Source: Blastocatellia bacterium (GTDB taxonomy: Bacteria > Acidobacteriota > Blastocatellia > UBA7656). Taken from it: DNA of 64,000 bases. The notes under the pieces were generated by a model. It did no database searches, was not told where the DNA came from, and saw only the letters and a program-made list of their open reading frames with translations. The position numbers and the translations under genes were made by a program. The stretch spans positions 768,001 through 832,000 of the forward strand of contig CAVXWP010000001.1 of assembly GCA_963765495.1 (NCBI GenBank). The letters run 5' to 3'. Positions 1-10,497 of the stretch are shown piece after piece; the first letter of the stretch is position 1; each line of letters begins with the position of its first letter.

Positions 1-680
1 AGCAATTGACGACCTATCAATCACTGATCACGGGAACTAAGAGAGCCCCCGACGAAGAAGGCCCGCAGGAGGTCCATATAATCCTGATGGACAACGGGCG
101 TTCGCGGATGCTCTCACATCCGGTGACGCGACAATCGCTTGCCTGCATACGCTGCGGCGCGTGTCTGAATGCCTGCCCCGTCTATCAGCAAATCGGCGGG
201 CACGCCTACGGCTCCGTCTACCCCGGCCCGATAGGCGCGGTCATCACGCCGCAGTTGATCGGGATAGGAAAGGCCGCGCAGTTGCCTTTTGCATCGAGCC
301 TGTGCGGCGCTTGCCGTGATGTCTGTCCGGTTAAGATAGACATACCCGAACTGCTGCTGCATCTGCGGGCGGAGGTGGTTGAAGCAGCGAGCGGCACGAC
401 GGGCCGGAAAGGGCCGGTGAAAGGGAAACTGATCGAACGGCTCGCGTTTCGCTTGTACGCCTTTGCGTGGTCCAGCCCTGCATTGTATGAATGGAGCCTG
501 CGCGTCGGGCGACTGCTCACCCGTCGGGCAGCGCGTGAAGGGCGCATCGGCAAAATCGGCGGCGTGGTTGCGAAGCTTGTGCCGCCACTTGGCGCATGGA
601 CCGCCTGGCGCGATCTGCGTCAGGTTGCGCCGCGCTCTTTCCGTGATGAGTGGCGCGATAATTTAGCCGGTAAAAAATGA
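1..680 (+). CDS. lutB: Lactate utilization Fe-S protein LutB/LldF, C-terminal part (5' truncated by window)
   Basis: CIRCGACLNACPVY, YGSVYPGPIG and SSLCGACRDVCPVKIDIPELL motifs; overlaps the next LUD-domain gene (ATGA). Confidence 0.9.
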   Translation, partial: QLTTYQSLITGTKRAPDEEGPQEVHIILMDNGRSRMLSHPVTRQSLACIRCGACLNACPVYQQIGGHAYGSVYPGPIGAVITPQLIGIGKAAQLPFASSLCGACRDVCPVKIDIPELLLHLRAEVVEAASGTTGRKGPVKGKLIERLAFRLYAFAWSSPALYEWSLRVGRLLTRRAAREGRIGKIGGVVAKLVPPLGAWTAWRDLRQVAPRSFRDEWRDNLAGKK

Positions 681-1423
681 AAGAGATTGGAGGGAGTTTG
701 AACGAACGCAGGCAAAACGATCAGGCGCGGCGCGAGATGCTTTCGTCTATCAGAGAACATCTCGCGGCGAGTGCCCCACTTGATCGCGCCCGTGATTTCA
801 CCAGTGATCGAGCCCGTCACGGGCGCGAACAACAACACCAGAATGCGAAACACAAAAGCCCTGCCTCAGTCGTTTCTCACAAGCAAACCGCTTCGCCTGT
901 CGAGCGTTTCCGGCGGTCTCTCGAAGCTGTCAGCGGGCACTCTTCTGTTGCGCGAAATGAATTGGAAGCGGCCGAAACGATACATGCCATTTTAGAGCAG
1001 GTGAAAGCGCGTCGAGTCGCGATCTCAAATTCACCGCTTGTCGAGCGTGTGATGGAGAGTGTGAGCACAGAGGCCGCGATTCTGAGAAACATTGATGCGT
1101 CTGAGTTGTTTGATTGCGATCTAGGCATAACGGGCGCTCAGTGGGCCGTAGCCGAAACAGGCACGCTGGTTCTGGAATCGGATGCCGAGCGCCATCGCCT
1201 GACCTCGCTCGTCCCACCCGTTCATATCGCGCTCATCGAAGCCGAAACGATTCGCGAGTCCCTGGAAGAGGTGCTCGGGTCGCTCAGTGAGGCTGGCCGG
1301 GATGGCCTGAATCGCGCGGTGACATTTATAACAGGCCCGTCGCGCACCTCGGACATTGAACTGACTCTGGCAATCGGAGTACACGGCCCCGCGGAGGTTT
1401 ACGTAATCATCCTTGAACGCTGA
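677..1423 (+). CDS. lutC: LUD-domain lactate utilization protein LutC/LldG
   Basis: AVAETGTLVL, SLVPPVHIA and FITGPSRTSDIELTLAIGVHGP motifs; follows lutB. Confidence 0.9.
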   Translation: MKEIGGSLNERRQNDQARREMLSSIREHLAASAPLDRARDFTSDRARHGREQQHQNAKHKSPASVVSHKQTASPVERFRRSLEAVSGHSSVARNELEAAETIHAILEQVKARRVAISNSPLVERVMESVSTEAAILRNIDASELFDCDLGITGAQWAVAETGTLVLESDAERHRLTSLVPPVHIALIEAETIRESLEEVLGSLSEAGRDGLNRAVTFITGPSRTSDIELTLAIGVHGPAEVYVIILER

Positions 1424-1634
1424 CAGAGAGCGCGTGACTGAGATTGAAATCACAAATCTCCATTCACAAATCTCAAATCACACAGGTATTCTTCGGATTG
1501 CGCGGATATTTTCTCTGTACGGCTTTCCCGTAAATAGTGCTATACTTGGCCAATTCCGGCCCGCGCCCCTGTGATTTCTCAGGTATTACCAGGTGTCGGG
1601 CAGGGCATATCAAGCGAGGACAGAGATCAAGTTT

Positions 1635-3863
1635 ATGGGCGTTCGCGGAGAGATTCATTTTCTAAACGAAGATGCAGGTGATGTCTTCACGGTTGAAACC
1701 CCACGATTCACAATCGGACGCGGGATTGAAAACTCGCTCTGTCTGCCCGATCCAAGCGTCTCTCGCTTTCACGCAGAGATCATACGTCTCGGCAAAGATT
1801 TTCTCCTCAGAGACCTCGGCTCCACAAACGGCAGTTATGTCAACGGTGTTCGCGTTGCCGAGCAAATGCTCAACGACGGCGACCTTGTTTTGTGCGGCGA
1901 GTTCGGCCCCCGATTGCTTTTCAAGCAGATTGAAGATTCACAGGAGATCCTCGCGCAAAAGCGGCCTCGCTGGGGCAGGACCGAAAACCTTATAAAATCG
2001 CTCTCACACAAGCTCGACGATCTGACAACGGATGAGCGCGAAGAGGTGAGCCTTCGCTGCGTGCTGGCCGAAGCCTACATCAACAAGGGCAAGCACGAAG
2101 ACGCATTCGATATGCTCTCGAAATATGTGGCCCCGGTCAGGTTGCTTTCGCTGTCGCCGGAATTTCGCGCCTCGGTCCTTTACTGGGTGGGCTCCGTCTA
2201 CATCGAGAGAAAGCAGTACGCAAGCGCCATAGACGCCTTGCATCGCAGTCTCGATTATTACACACAGGTTGGAGACAGCACCGGGATAGCCGGCGCGCAT
2301 ACTTCGCTCGGTCGCGCCCTGAGCAGCACGGGAGATTTGCTTGCGGCCCGCGACTCTCTGCACAGGGCTATGCTTGTCGCGCGGCGTGCCGGAAACGCGC
2401 GGCTTCGCGCCGAGGTCCATCTGCTCGTAGGAAAGCTGGATTGGAAGGAAGGCGATCTGGAGGGCGCGCGCTATAACTGGATGCGTGCCGCGCGTCTGGC
2501 CGAAGGCTCAAGCGATGCGCTGTTGCAGGCGCGCGCGCAGCTTCAGCAGGCGTTCGTGCTCTACAGTGAAGGCAAGCTCAAAGAGGCCGTGCCCGCTTAT
2601 CAGGCGGCTATAGATCAGATCGAGGCGGTCGAAAACGTGCGCTTTTTGCTGAAAGCCTACAGCAGCCTGTCTCGCGTGCTGACGCATCTCGGGTCCTGGA
2701 TTGCGACCGAGCGCCTTTTGGAAGACCGTATGCGCCTTGCGCGCGAAAATTCTATCAGTAAGGCCGAAGCCATAGCGCTCACCGACCTTGCAGAGTTGAG
2801 ACTGAGGCAGGGAAATTTCATCGCCGCCTGGAATGTGATTCACGAAGCGATAGAGCGTCACGGCCCGGTTGTTTATGCGCGCACGCAGAGAATACTGGGG
2901 CGCATACTCTGGGTGCGCAAACGCCATCTGGAAGCCGTCGAGGCGCTCGAAAAAGGGCTTGCCTCGGCATCGAAAAAAGGCTCGCTCGAAGAACAGATTC
3001 TGATAGGGCTCGAGCTTGCATTGATCTACCTGGAGAGCGGCGACACGGCGCGCGCATTCGAACATCTGGTCGCGGCCGAATCGGTCACACCGCTCGACCC
3101 GGCTCTCGGTTTAATGGGGCGGGCGCTTTACACGCGCGGGCGCATACAGGCCGAGGCAGATCAAACGGCGGAAGCAAATCGCTGCTTTACGCAGAGCCTC
3201 TCGATACACCAGACGATAGGCGACCCGTTCCGAGCCGCTATGTGCCACGCGGCCATAGGGGCTTTGCGGGCGCGCATGGATCGCCCCGAATCGGCTCGCG
3301 GTCACCTTGAAGAGGCGCATGAAATCTTCACACGCCTCGGAGCCGCCTTCGAGCTTGAACAGGTCGAAGCCGAATTAAGATCGGGCGAACTCGATCTGGT
3401 CGAGGCGAGTATGACCCGCGCGCTTTCGCCCGGTCTGACGATGACCGCGCCCCTGTCGCTTTCAAGTACGACGACCGTGACGATGATAAGCCCCAGCCCG
3501 CATCGTGTACTTGTGGGCGAGGCAAATGATGATCTGGCCGCATTGCTTACAAGAGGGCTTGAAGTCGAGAATTATGTCGTAGAGCGAGCCCGCGATGGGC
3601 GCGAAGCCTTTGAGCAGGCCACTGACCGCAAAGAGTCTTTCGACCTGCTTGTGCTCGATACCTTGCTCGAACACCGCTCAGGCTTCGATGTCTGTTGCGA
3701 GTTGCGAAAGATCAAGCTTGAGATCCCGGTCATTTTGCTGGGGAATCGTCAGGGAGTCGAAGACAAGATCGAGGCGCTACAGGCCGGAGCGGATGATTTC
3801 ATCGCCAAAAAAGATATGGTCTTCGAAGAATTGCTGGCAAAAATAGAAGCACTTTTAAGATAA
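1635..3863 (+). CDS. FHA + TPR-repeat + C-terminal receiver-domain signalling protein
   Basis: FHA (IGR...VSRFHAEI...DLGSTNGSYVNG), a long helical TPR-like repeat region, and a REC domain (FDLLVLD...AGADDFIAK). ATG 1635 preferred to the upstream GTG. Confidence 0.85.
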   Translation: MGVRGEIHFLNEDAGDVFTVETPRFTIGRGIENSLCLPDPSVSRFHAEIIRLGKDFLLRDLGSTNGSYVNGVRVAEQMLNDGDLVLCGEFGPRLLFKQIEDSQEILAQKRPRWGRTENLIKSLSHKLDDLTTDEREEVSLRCVLAEAYINKGKHEDAFDMLSKYVAPVRLLSLSPEFRASVLYWVGSVYIERKQYASAIDALHRSLDYYTQVGDSTGIAGAHTSLGRALSSTGDLLAARDSLHRAMLVARRAGNARLRAEVHLLVGKLDWKEGDLEGARYNWMRAARLAEGSSDALLQARAQLQQAFVLYSEGKLKEAVPAYQAAIDQIEAVENVRFLLKAYSSLSRVLTHLGSWIATERLLEDRMRLARENSISKAEAIALTDLAELRLRQGNFIAAWNVIHEAIERHGPVVYARTQRILGRILWVRKRHLEAVEALEKGLASASKKGSLEEQILIGLELALIYLESGDTARAFEHLVAAESVTPLDPALGLMGRALYTRGRIQAEADQTAEANRCFTQSLSIHQTIGDPFRAAMCHAAIGALRARMDRPESARGHLEEAHEIFTRLGAAFELEQVEAELRSGELDLVEASMTRALSPGLTMTAPLSLSSTTTVTMISPSPHRVLVGEANDDLAALLTRGLEVENYVVERARDGREAFEQATDRKESFDLLVLDTLLEHRSGFDVCCELRKIKLEIPVILLGNRQGVEDKIEALQAGADDFIAKKDMVFEELLAKIEALLR

Positions 3864-3887
3864 GGTGGCCACCGATCCAATGGAGGA

Positions 3888-5048
3888 ATGGCTGTGCGCG
3901 TGATCATAATAGGAGCCGGGCGGGTTGGATGCGGCGCACTGGGGATGGCGCTGGCCTTGCAGGGGCACGAAGTAGTCTTTGCGGCCCGGCGCGATGACAT
4001 AGTTGATTCGATAGCCCGGTTTGGTTATGACATCGTGACCAAGGGCGATGTAGAGGCTCGCGTTCAGGTGCGCGGAGTGCGCGCCGTAAATTTCAATCGG
4101 CCTGAATTTGCCTCTGAAATAGCCCTTGCCGATCAGGTCTATACCTGTGTGCGACCGGATAATCTTCCAACGGTCGCCCCCGTGCTTGCCGAAGCGATTC
4201 TTCACAGAATCAGATCCGACATAAGACGCACGCTTGATGTCTTTTGCTGCGAGAACCTGAAGAACGCCGGGTCGCAACTCGAACGCCTGACGTTTACATA
4301 CGTGCCTTTTGCTTATGCGCAGCAGGTACAGAGCCTCATCGCCTTTAATGCGGCGGTCTCAGACCGCGTAGTCTCCGGGCAAGAGATGGACCCGGAGGGC
4401 CGACTCGTCTTTACATCGGACGCGAAAGGCGATGTGTTGTTTGATGTCTTGCAGATAAAAGGCGATTTCGAAATATTGCCGCCCTTCAAGGGTCTCGAGA
4501 ACTTTCCCGCCTGCATAGAAGAGAAGCTCTATATCCTCAATTGCGGTCATGCCGCCTGCGCCTATCTGGGTTACAAACGCGGCTATACATACATTCACGA
4601 AGCGATGGCCGACGAAGCGATCAATCGGTGCGTGGTCGGGGCTATGCTTGAAGCGCAGCGGGCGCTTCATCTCAAACACGGGCACACGCTCCATTACGGC
4701 GGATTCATAAACGAGATACTCGCAAGCTTTTCAAACGCCGCGCTGATGGATACGATTGCGCGCGTAGGTCGCGACCCCGTCAGAAAACTTCAGGCGGATG
4801 ACCGCCTGATCGGGCCTGCAAAGCTGGCCTTTCGTTACGGCCTGAACCCAACCTATCTCATAAAGGGGGCGGCGGCGGCTCTCTCTTTTACTTATGCCAG
4901 TGACCCGCAGGCGGTCGAGCTTCAGAAGACGATGAGCGGTAGCGGCATCGAACAGACGCTCGACACAATATCTCAACTGCGCCCCTGGAATCCTATATCG
5001 GAACTCATCCGCAAAGAGTTCGAACGAACCACGGCCGCCGCCTCTTGA
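3888..5048 (+). CDS. mtlD: Mannitol-1-phosphate 5-dehydrogenase family protein
   Basis: GAGRVGCG Rossmann motif, CEN, DRVV, KLYILNCGH and RVGRDPVRKL..DDRLIGPA; RBS GGAGGA. Confidence 0.75.
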   Translation: MAVRVIIIGAGRVGCGALGMALALQGHEVVFAARRDDIVDSIARFGYDIVTKGDVEARVQVRGVRAVNFNRPEFASEIALADQVYTCVRPDNLPTVAPVLAEAILHRIRSDIRRTLDVFCCENLKNAGSQLERLTFTYVPFAYAQQVQSLIAFNAAVSDRVVSGQEMDPEGRLVFTSDAKGDVLFDVLQIKGDFEILPPFKGLENFPACIEEKLYILNCGHAACAYLGYKRGYTYIHEAMADEAINRCVVGAMLEAQRALHLKHGHTLHYGGFINEILASFSNAALMDTIARVGRDPVRKLQADDRLIGPAKLAFRYGLNPTYLIKGAAAALSFTYASDPQAVELQKTMSGSGIEQTLDTISQLRPWNPISELIRKEFERTTAAAS

Positions 5049-5058
5049 AATGAGTGGT

Positions 5059-5147
5059 CGTGATGCGTGATGCGTGATGCGTGACTTTCAAACAGGCAGC
5101 ATGTTTTAGACATATTGCAAGTCCGGTAAATCACGAATCACGCATCA
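5059..5147. repeat. Inverted pair of heptamer (CGTGATG/CATCACG) tandem arrays
   Basis: cgtgatgcgtgatgcgtgatgcgtga at 5059-5084 and tcacgaatcacgcatca at 5131-5147. Confidence 0.8.
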
Positions 5148-5374
5148 TCCACCGGCCTGTTTTATCCTTAAACACAGGGGCCCTGTTGCTGAGTTGCAAT
5201 GCCACTGTTTGAATCAAATCGGCTCGGATTTTTTGCCTGATTTTTCTGAGAGTAGAGCGGCATAAATTACAATTATTCGCTTGTAATTTATCGCGTTGGG
5301 TGTATATTAGACCGAGCGAAGCGACTGGCAGCATTTTTTGAACATACGACTTTTGAAATAGCGTCGTGTCGGTT

Positions 5375-5800
5375 ATGAAAATCCGGTTGAGCAAATTTGC
5401 GAAGCTGCGCGCTGTTTGCGTGCTTCTTGCGATGTTGGCGGGCTGGCTATCGCCTTCGATAGCGATTGCCGTCACCTCCCCGGATGTTTGCTCGATGACC
5501 TGCTGTGTCAACGAGGGTTATTGCTGTTGCAGCCCGCGCCACAGATATGTCGAAGGCCAGTTGCCCGGCGAGGGCGAGCATATCAGTGACCAGCAGATTG
5601 CAGCGCCCTGTTCAAAAGGCTGCTCAACGCCGTCGTCTTCATCGAATTCGCTTTTCCGCAATGCCGACCGCACAGCTACCGGCCATTTACTTGCTCTAAC
5701 ATCCGGCTCGATTCATTCCCACACGCCGCTTGCTTACGGAAAGACTTTTGAATCAGGCCGGCCCTCTCCTCGCGCTCCCCCTCGATCCTTAAAACTTTAA
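5375..5800 (+). CDS. Cys-rich exported leader protein ending in a RAPP motif (DUF2946-like, putative ribosome-arrest uORF)
   Basis: N-terminal signal-like segment; CSMTCCVNEGYCCC and CSKGC; C-terminus PSPRAPPRSLKL; directly upstream of a TonB-dependent receptor. Confidence 0.7.
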   Translation: MKIRLSKFAKLRAVCVLLAMLAGWLSPSIAIAVTSPDVCSMTCCVNEGYCCCSPRHRYVEGQLPGEGEHISDQQIAAPCSKGCSTPSSSSNSLFRNADRTATGHLLALTSGSIHSHTPLAYGKTFESGRPSPRAPPRSLKL

Positions 5801-6064
5801 TCGCTTAAACATTGAAGGCAGACCGGGCAGTCCGATAAGGCCGATTATTTTATAAGGCCGATTATTTTATTGAGATGCCTTTTATCGAGCTGCCTTGCCG
5901 CGCCTTCCATGCTCAGGTGACGACTGGTTGCAGACTTGCCGTGGTTGGAAAGATGTTTCGCATTCCGGGCTGATTTTAGTCTTTCGACCCGCACTGACAA
6001 CCGGCAAAGGGTCTTTGCCTCCGCTGCCAGTGGACTGCGGGGGCAAAGATCGGGGAGAAGAGAG

Positions 6065-8881
6065 ATGGCTTCAAAGAGCAAGAACCGACTCATTCGCAGT
6101 TTGGTCTTATTCGTTCTTATCAATTTGATCGGTGGAGACGGGTTGCCTGCCTTCGCTCAACAGTCGGTAGCCGCGGCCACGCTCAGCGGTCGGGTTGAAG
6201 ATACGACCGGGGCGGCGCTCACTGCTGCATCGGTTAAGGCTACCAATACTGACAGAAACCAGACCTGGACTACCACAAGCGACGATGAGGGTCGCTACAA
6301 CTTTCTTTATCTGCCCGTAGGCACCTATCGCCTGACGGTCGAGCAAACAGGTTTTGCCCGAATGACCAGAGAGTTTCCGCTTTCGGTCGGGCAATCACTC
6401 AACGTGCCGGTGCGGCTTTCGGCTGCCGGGGTAGATGAGAACATCAGCGTCACAACGGTGCCTGTGATCGAAACGGTCCGCACGCAGATAGCCGAGACGG
6501 TCGTTCCGCGCGAGATAGACTCGTTGCCGCTCAACGGGCGCAACTATCTTGATCTGGCGGCGCTGACGCCGGGCGTAACGCGTGCCAACCCGGTTGCCAA
6601 TCAACGCTTCGCGGAGACTTCCGCGGTGCCCGGGACGCAGATCAACATAGCCGGTCAGCGCAATATCAATAACGGCTTTGTCATTGACGGGCTGTCGGCC
6701 AATGATGACGCGGCCGATCTGCCGGGGACTTTCTTCAGTCAGGAAGTGATACGCGAGTTTCAGGTCATCACCTCGGGCGGCATCGCAGAGTTTGGACGCG
6801 CCTCGGGCGGCATAGTCAACGTAGTGACCCGTTCGGGCGGCAACGACTGGCGCGGGCGCGCATACGGATTCCTGCGCAACCAGCGACTCGATGCGCGCAA
6901 CCCTCTTGCTGCGACAAAGGACCCGCTGACGCAGACGCAATACGGCGCTTCACTGGGAGGTCCGATCAGACGTGACCGCACATTTCTGTTTGGAAATTTC
7001 GAGCAGACGCGGCTGCATAACTCCACCGTTTTGACTATCTCACCCGCCAATGTAGCGGCGCTCAACACGGTGCTCGATGAAATCAACTACACTGGCCCGC
7101 GCCTAAGCACGGGGCTTGCGCCGACCGGCTACAACGCAACGAATATCTTTTTGCGCGGCGATCATCGGATCAATCCGTCGAATCTGCTGACCCTGCGTTA
7201 TAACTTTTACGATATTGAAAGCACGAATGCGCGCAACGTAGGCGGCTTGAACACCGTGAGCCGTGGGACCGCGCTTGACGACCGCGACCAGACGGTGGCC
7301 GTAAGCGAAGTGGCGACTCTTTCACCGAGCCTTGTCAACGAAGCGCGCTTTCAATTTACGCGCAGCCGGCTCGCCGCGCCCCCCAATGATCTGGTCGGTC
7401 CGGCAATCAATATTTCGGGTGTAGCAAATCTCGGAACGGCTACTTTTTCGCCCACGGGACGCGACCTCGACCTGTATGAACTGACCGACACCGTAGCGAC
7501 CGAACGCGGCGCGCACGCGCTGAAAATGGGCGCTGATTTCCTTTACAACCGCGTAAATATAACCTTCCCTGGCGCGTTGCAGGGAGTCTACACATTCTCT
7601 TCGCTCGACAATTTGAAGACCGGGCAGTACTCGACTTATCAGCAGGCATTCGGTGAGCCGACACAGTATCAATCGAATCCGAATACAGGTTTTTTTGCGC
7701 AGGATGAATGGCGCGCGCGGCCCGATCTTACGATCAATTTAGGGCTGCGCTACGATCTGCAATTTCTCCCCGACCCGATCCGTACGGACAGGGATAACAT
7801 CGCTCCGCGCATCGGACTGGCCTATGCGCCCGCAGGCGGCAAGACGGTGATTCGCGCAAGCTACGGTATCTATTACGACCGAATTCCACTGCGCGCGACC
7901 TCGAACGCTTTGCAGCGCGACGGATCGAAATACAGGGTCGCTTTCTTTTCATTTGGTCAGGCGGGCGCGCCGGTCTTCCCAAATGTAGCGGCGGCTTTCC
8001 CGACAAATTTCCTCCCGAGTGTTACGACGATTGACACGGCTATCGAAAACGCCTACTCGCAACAGGCGAGTCTACAGATCGAGCGCGAGTTGACGACGAA
8101 GACCTCGGCTTCGGTCGCCTACCTGCACACGCGGGGCCTGCACCTGATTCTGTCGCGCAACGCAAACGTGCCTGCGCTGTCGGCTGCCGATGCGGCAAGG
8201 CTCGGCATACCAAATCTTGGCCGCCCCAATCCGAACTTCGGCAATATCAGTCGATACGAAGGGTCGGGCGATTCTTATTACAATGCGATGACCGCTTCGC
8301 TGAATCATCGCTTCAGAAGCTGGGCGGGGCTTCGCTTTTCCTACACGCTCTCGAAGGCGATTGACGACACGGGCGGCGCATTCTTCTTCACGCCGCAAAA
8401 CAACTTCGATCTGCGCGATGATCGGGGGCTGTCGGATAATGACCAGAGGCATGTGCTCGCGATAAGCGGCTCGCTTGCGATGCCGGAATTGGAGAGCGAT
8501 GCCTTGTGGCGGCGGGCAGTAAGCGGCTTCCAGTTGAGCTATATCTTCAGATACGGATCGGCGTTGCCCTTCAACATCGTCACAGGCGCTGATCGCAACT
8601 TCGATACTAGCACAAATGATCGCCCGGTCGGAGTGGGGCGCAACACGGGCAAAGGATTCGACTTCAAATCTTTTGACCTGAGATTGAGCCGCCGTATTCG
8701 TTTCACCGAGCAGGCGGGATTGGAGGTGATCGCGGAAGGTTTCAACCTGTTCAATCGCTCAAATTTCCAGTTGCCCAACAACACGTTCGGACAGGGCGTG
8801 ACGCCTTTGCCATCGTTTGGTCGTCCGACGGCGGCGGCCGACCCCCGGCAGGTTCAATTCGGTCTGCGACTCAATTTTTAG
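6065..8881 (+). CDS. TonB-dependent receptor, Oar-like, with N-terminal carboxypeptidase-regulatory-like domain
   Basis: LSGRVEDTTGA, LPLNGRNYLDLAALTPG, FAQDEWR..LTINLGLRYD and a C-terminal PRQVQFGLRLNF; ATG 6065 follows GGGAGA. Confidence 0.92.
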   Translation: MASKSKNRLIRSLVLFVLINLIGGDGLPAFAQQSVAAATLSGRVEDTTGAALTAASVKATNTDRNQTWTTTSDDEGRYNFLYLPVGTYRLTVEQTGFARMTREFPLSVGQSLNVPVRLSAAGVDENISVTTVPVIETVRTQIAETVVPREIDSLPLNGRNYLDLAALTPGVTRANPVANQRFAETSAVPGTQINIAGQRNINNGFVIDGLSANDDAADLPGTFFSQEVIREFQVITSGGIAEFGRASGGIVNVVTRSGGNDWRGRAYGFLRNQRLDARNPLAATKDPLTQTQYGASLGGPIRRDRTFLFGNFEQTRLHNSTVLTISPANVAALNTVLDEINYTGPRLSTGLAPTGYNATNIFLRGDHRINPSNLLTLRYNFYDIESTNARNVGGLNTVSRGTALDDRDQTVAVSEVATLSPSLVNEARFQFTRSRLAAPPNDLVGPAINISGVANLGTATFSPTGRDLDLYELTDTVATERGAHALKMGADFLYNRVNITFPGALQGVYTFSSLDNLKTGQYSTYQQAFGEPTQYQSNPNTGFFAQDEWRARPDLTINLGLRYDLQFLPDPIRTDRDNIAPRIGLAYAPAGGKTVIRASYGIYYDRIPLRATSNALQRDGSKYRVAFFSFGQAGAPVFPNVAAAFPTNFLPSVTTIDTAIENAYSQQASLQIERELTTKTSASVAYLHTRGLHLILSRNANVPALSAADAARLGIPNLGRPNPNFGNISRYEGSGDSYYNAMTASLNHRFRSWAGLRFSYTLSKAIDDTGGAFFFTPQNNFDLRDDRGLSDNDQRHVLAISGSLAMPELESDALWRRAVSGFQLSYIFRYGSALPFNIVTGADRNFDTSTNDRPVGVGRNTGKGFDFKSFDLRLSRRIRFTEQAGLEVIAEGFNLFNRSNFQLPNNTFGQGVTPLPSFGRPTAAADPRQVQFGLRLNF

Positions 8882-8894
8882 TCGAAGGGCGCTT

Positions 8895-9006
8895 GAGGTT
8901 GATTTGAACGAAAGGCTGATAGTAATAGGCCAGGACGGGCGCGGTTCAGACTCTCTTTGAGTTAATCCGTGTAAATCCGTCCGATTTGCGCCCGTCCTGG
9001 TCTATA
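8895..9006. repeat. Dispersed intergenic repeat, copy 1 (about 36-bp head plus variable hairpin)
   Basis: gaggttgatttgaacgaaaggc is identical to 13418-13439; it is followed by the inverted repeat taggccaggacgggcgc...gcgcccgtcctggtcta. Confidence 0.7.
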
Positions 9007-9058
9007 CCCGTTTCCCCGGTCTACAATTTTAGGGATTGAATTTACGAAAAGAGGAATT

Positions 9059-10264
9059 ATGAAATCGAGAATTATCATAGTCGCTTTCCTGCTGATCGTC
9101 GCTTATCCGGCAGGCGCGCAACATCACGGACACGGCTCGATGGCTGACGGAGAAGGGCAATTCAATCCATTTGTGGCCGCAGATTTGCGCGGCGGGTTTT
9201 ATCTCGCTTATGTCGAACGCAAAGACGGGGCAAGCAATGTCATGTTGCGCCGCTCTTCGGACGGGGTGAGTTTTTCCGCGCCGGTTCGAGTCAATTCGAT
9301 TGACGGGGACGCGACCGTGCGCAATGAAAATCCGCCGAAGGTGATTGCCGATTCAGGCGGAAATGTATACGTCTGCTGGGCCAACGAGCGAGGCAAATGG
9401 AAAGGCAATGTGCGCTTTGCGCGCTCGACTGACGGCGGAAAGAATTTTCTCTCGGCCCTGACGATCAATTCCGACGGCGACGGCGAGCCTGCCGGTCACG
9501 CTTTTCAATCCATTGCCTTAGACAGGCGCGGCCGAATCTATATCGCGTGGATCGACGAACGCAACAAGCAGCCAAAGGATCGCGGCGCACAAATCCGGCT
9601 TTCGGTTTCAACGGATCAAGGCAAGACTTTTTCGTCTGATCGCCCCGTCTTGAGTGATGTGTGCGAATGTTGCCGCACAAGCCTGCAAATTGACGCGGCT
9701 GGAAATCTTTATCTCGCCTATCGCAGGGTGCCGAGCACCGGGCCGATGTGCCGCGACATCGTTCTGGCCCGCTCGGAGGACGGCGGCAAGACTTTTACAG
9801 AGAGCGTGGTCAGTCACGATAACTGGGAAATCGACGGCTGCCCGGTCGCGGGTCCGAGCTTCGGTTTTGACAGAGCGGGCAATATTACGGTGATCTGGTT
9901 CATGGGCGGCGGCGGGCAACCCGGCCTTTACTATGCCACTTCGACCGACAAAGGAAAGACTTTTTCTGTGCGCCGACCGCTTGACTCTTCCGAGCGGATT
10001 GGAAAGCACGCGCAAACGGTCATGCTTTCCGACGGCAGACTCTTTGTCGCGTGGGATTACGCAGCGGACAAAGCTTCGACCGCATGGGGCGTGCTTGATC
10101 CAAAAAGGGGATTGCTCGGAAGAAGCGGCGACGAGACAGGAATCATCTATCCGGTGACGGCTGTCAGCGGCAGGGTCGCAATCGTTGTGGGAATGCGGTT
10201 GGCGACACACGAAATCGCGACCTATGTCGAGGATGTGAAGATTGCTTCCGAGTCCGCGCAATAG
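9059..10264 (+). CDS. Secreted BNR/sialidase-fold protein with His/Cys motifs
   Basis: Signal peptide, HHGHGSM, repeated S-x-D-x-G-x-T/S-F Asp-boxes, CECCRT and WEIDGCPVAGP. Confidence 0.8.
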   Translation: MKSRIIIVAFLLIVAYPAGAQHHGHGSMADGEGQFNPFVAADLRGGFYLAYVERKDGASNVMLRRSSDGVSFSAPVRVNSIDGDATVRNENPPKVIADSGGNVYVCWANERGKWKGNVRFARSTDGGKNFLSALTINSDGDGEPAGHAFQSIALDRRGRIYIAWIDERNKQPKDRGAQIRLSVSTDQGKTFSSDRPVLSDVCECCRTSLQIDAAGNLYLAYRRVPSTGPMCRDIVLARSEDGGKTFTESVVSHDNWEIDGCPVAGPSFGFDRAGNITVIWFMGGGGQPGLYYATSTDKGKTFSVRRPLDSSERIGKHAQTVMLSDGRLFVAWDYAADKASTAWGVLDPKRGLLGRSGDETGIIYPVTAVSGRVAIVVGMRLATHEIATYVEDVKIASESAQ

Positions 10265-10280
10265 GGCACATATAGATTTA

Positions 10281-10350
10281 AGGTTTATTTGGAAGAAAGG
10301 GGAGTTGAAACAGGCCACGAATCCGTCGAATCCGTGGCCTATTTCTATTT
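10281..10350. repeat. Dispersed intergenic repeat, copy 2 / terminator-like hairpin
   Basis: aggtttatttggaagaaaggggagttgaaacaggcc, then aggccacg...cgtggcct and a T-rich tail. Confidence 0.65.
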
Positions 10351-10497
10351 CCCGTACTACATTTTGGCAAACCGAATAGCATCAGGCCCCTCAAGCTAAC
10401 CCTGCTCGATAATCTCGCCTGTGCTTTGGTATCCGCGCCGCGAGTGCTATCATAGCACCGCCTGTCAAAGCAGCCTGATCTTTTCAGGAGATAACAC

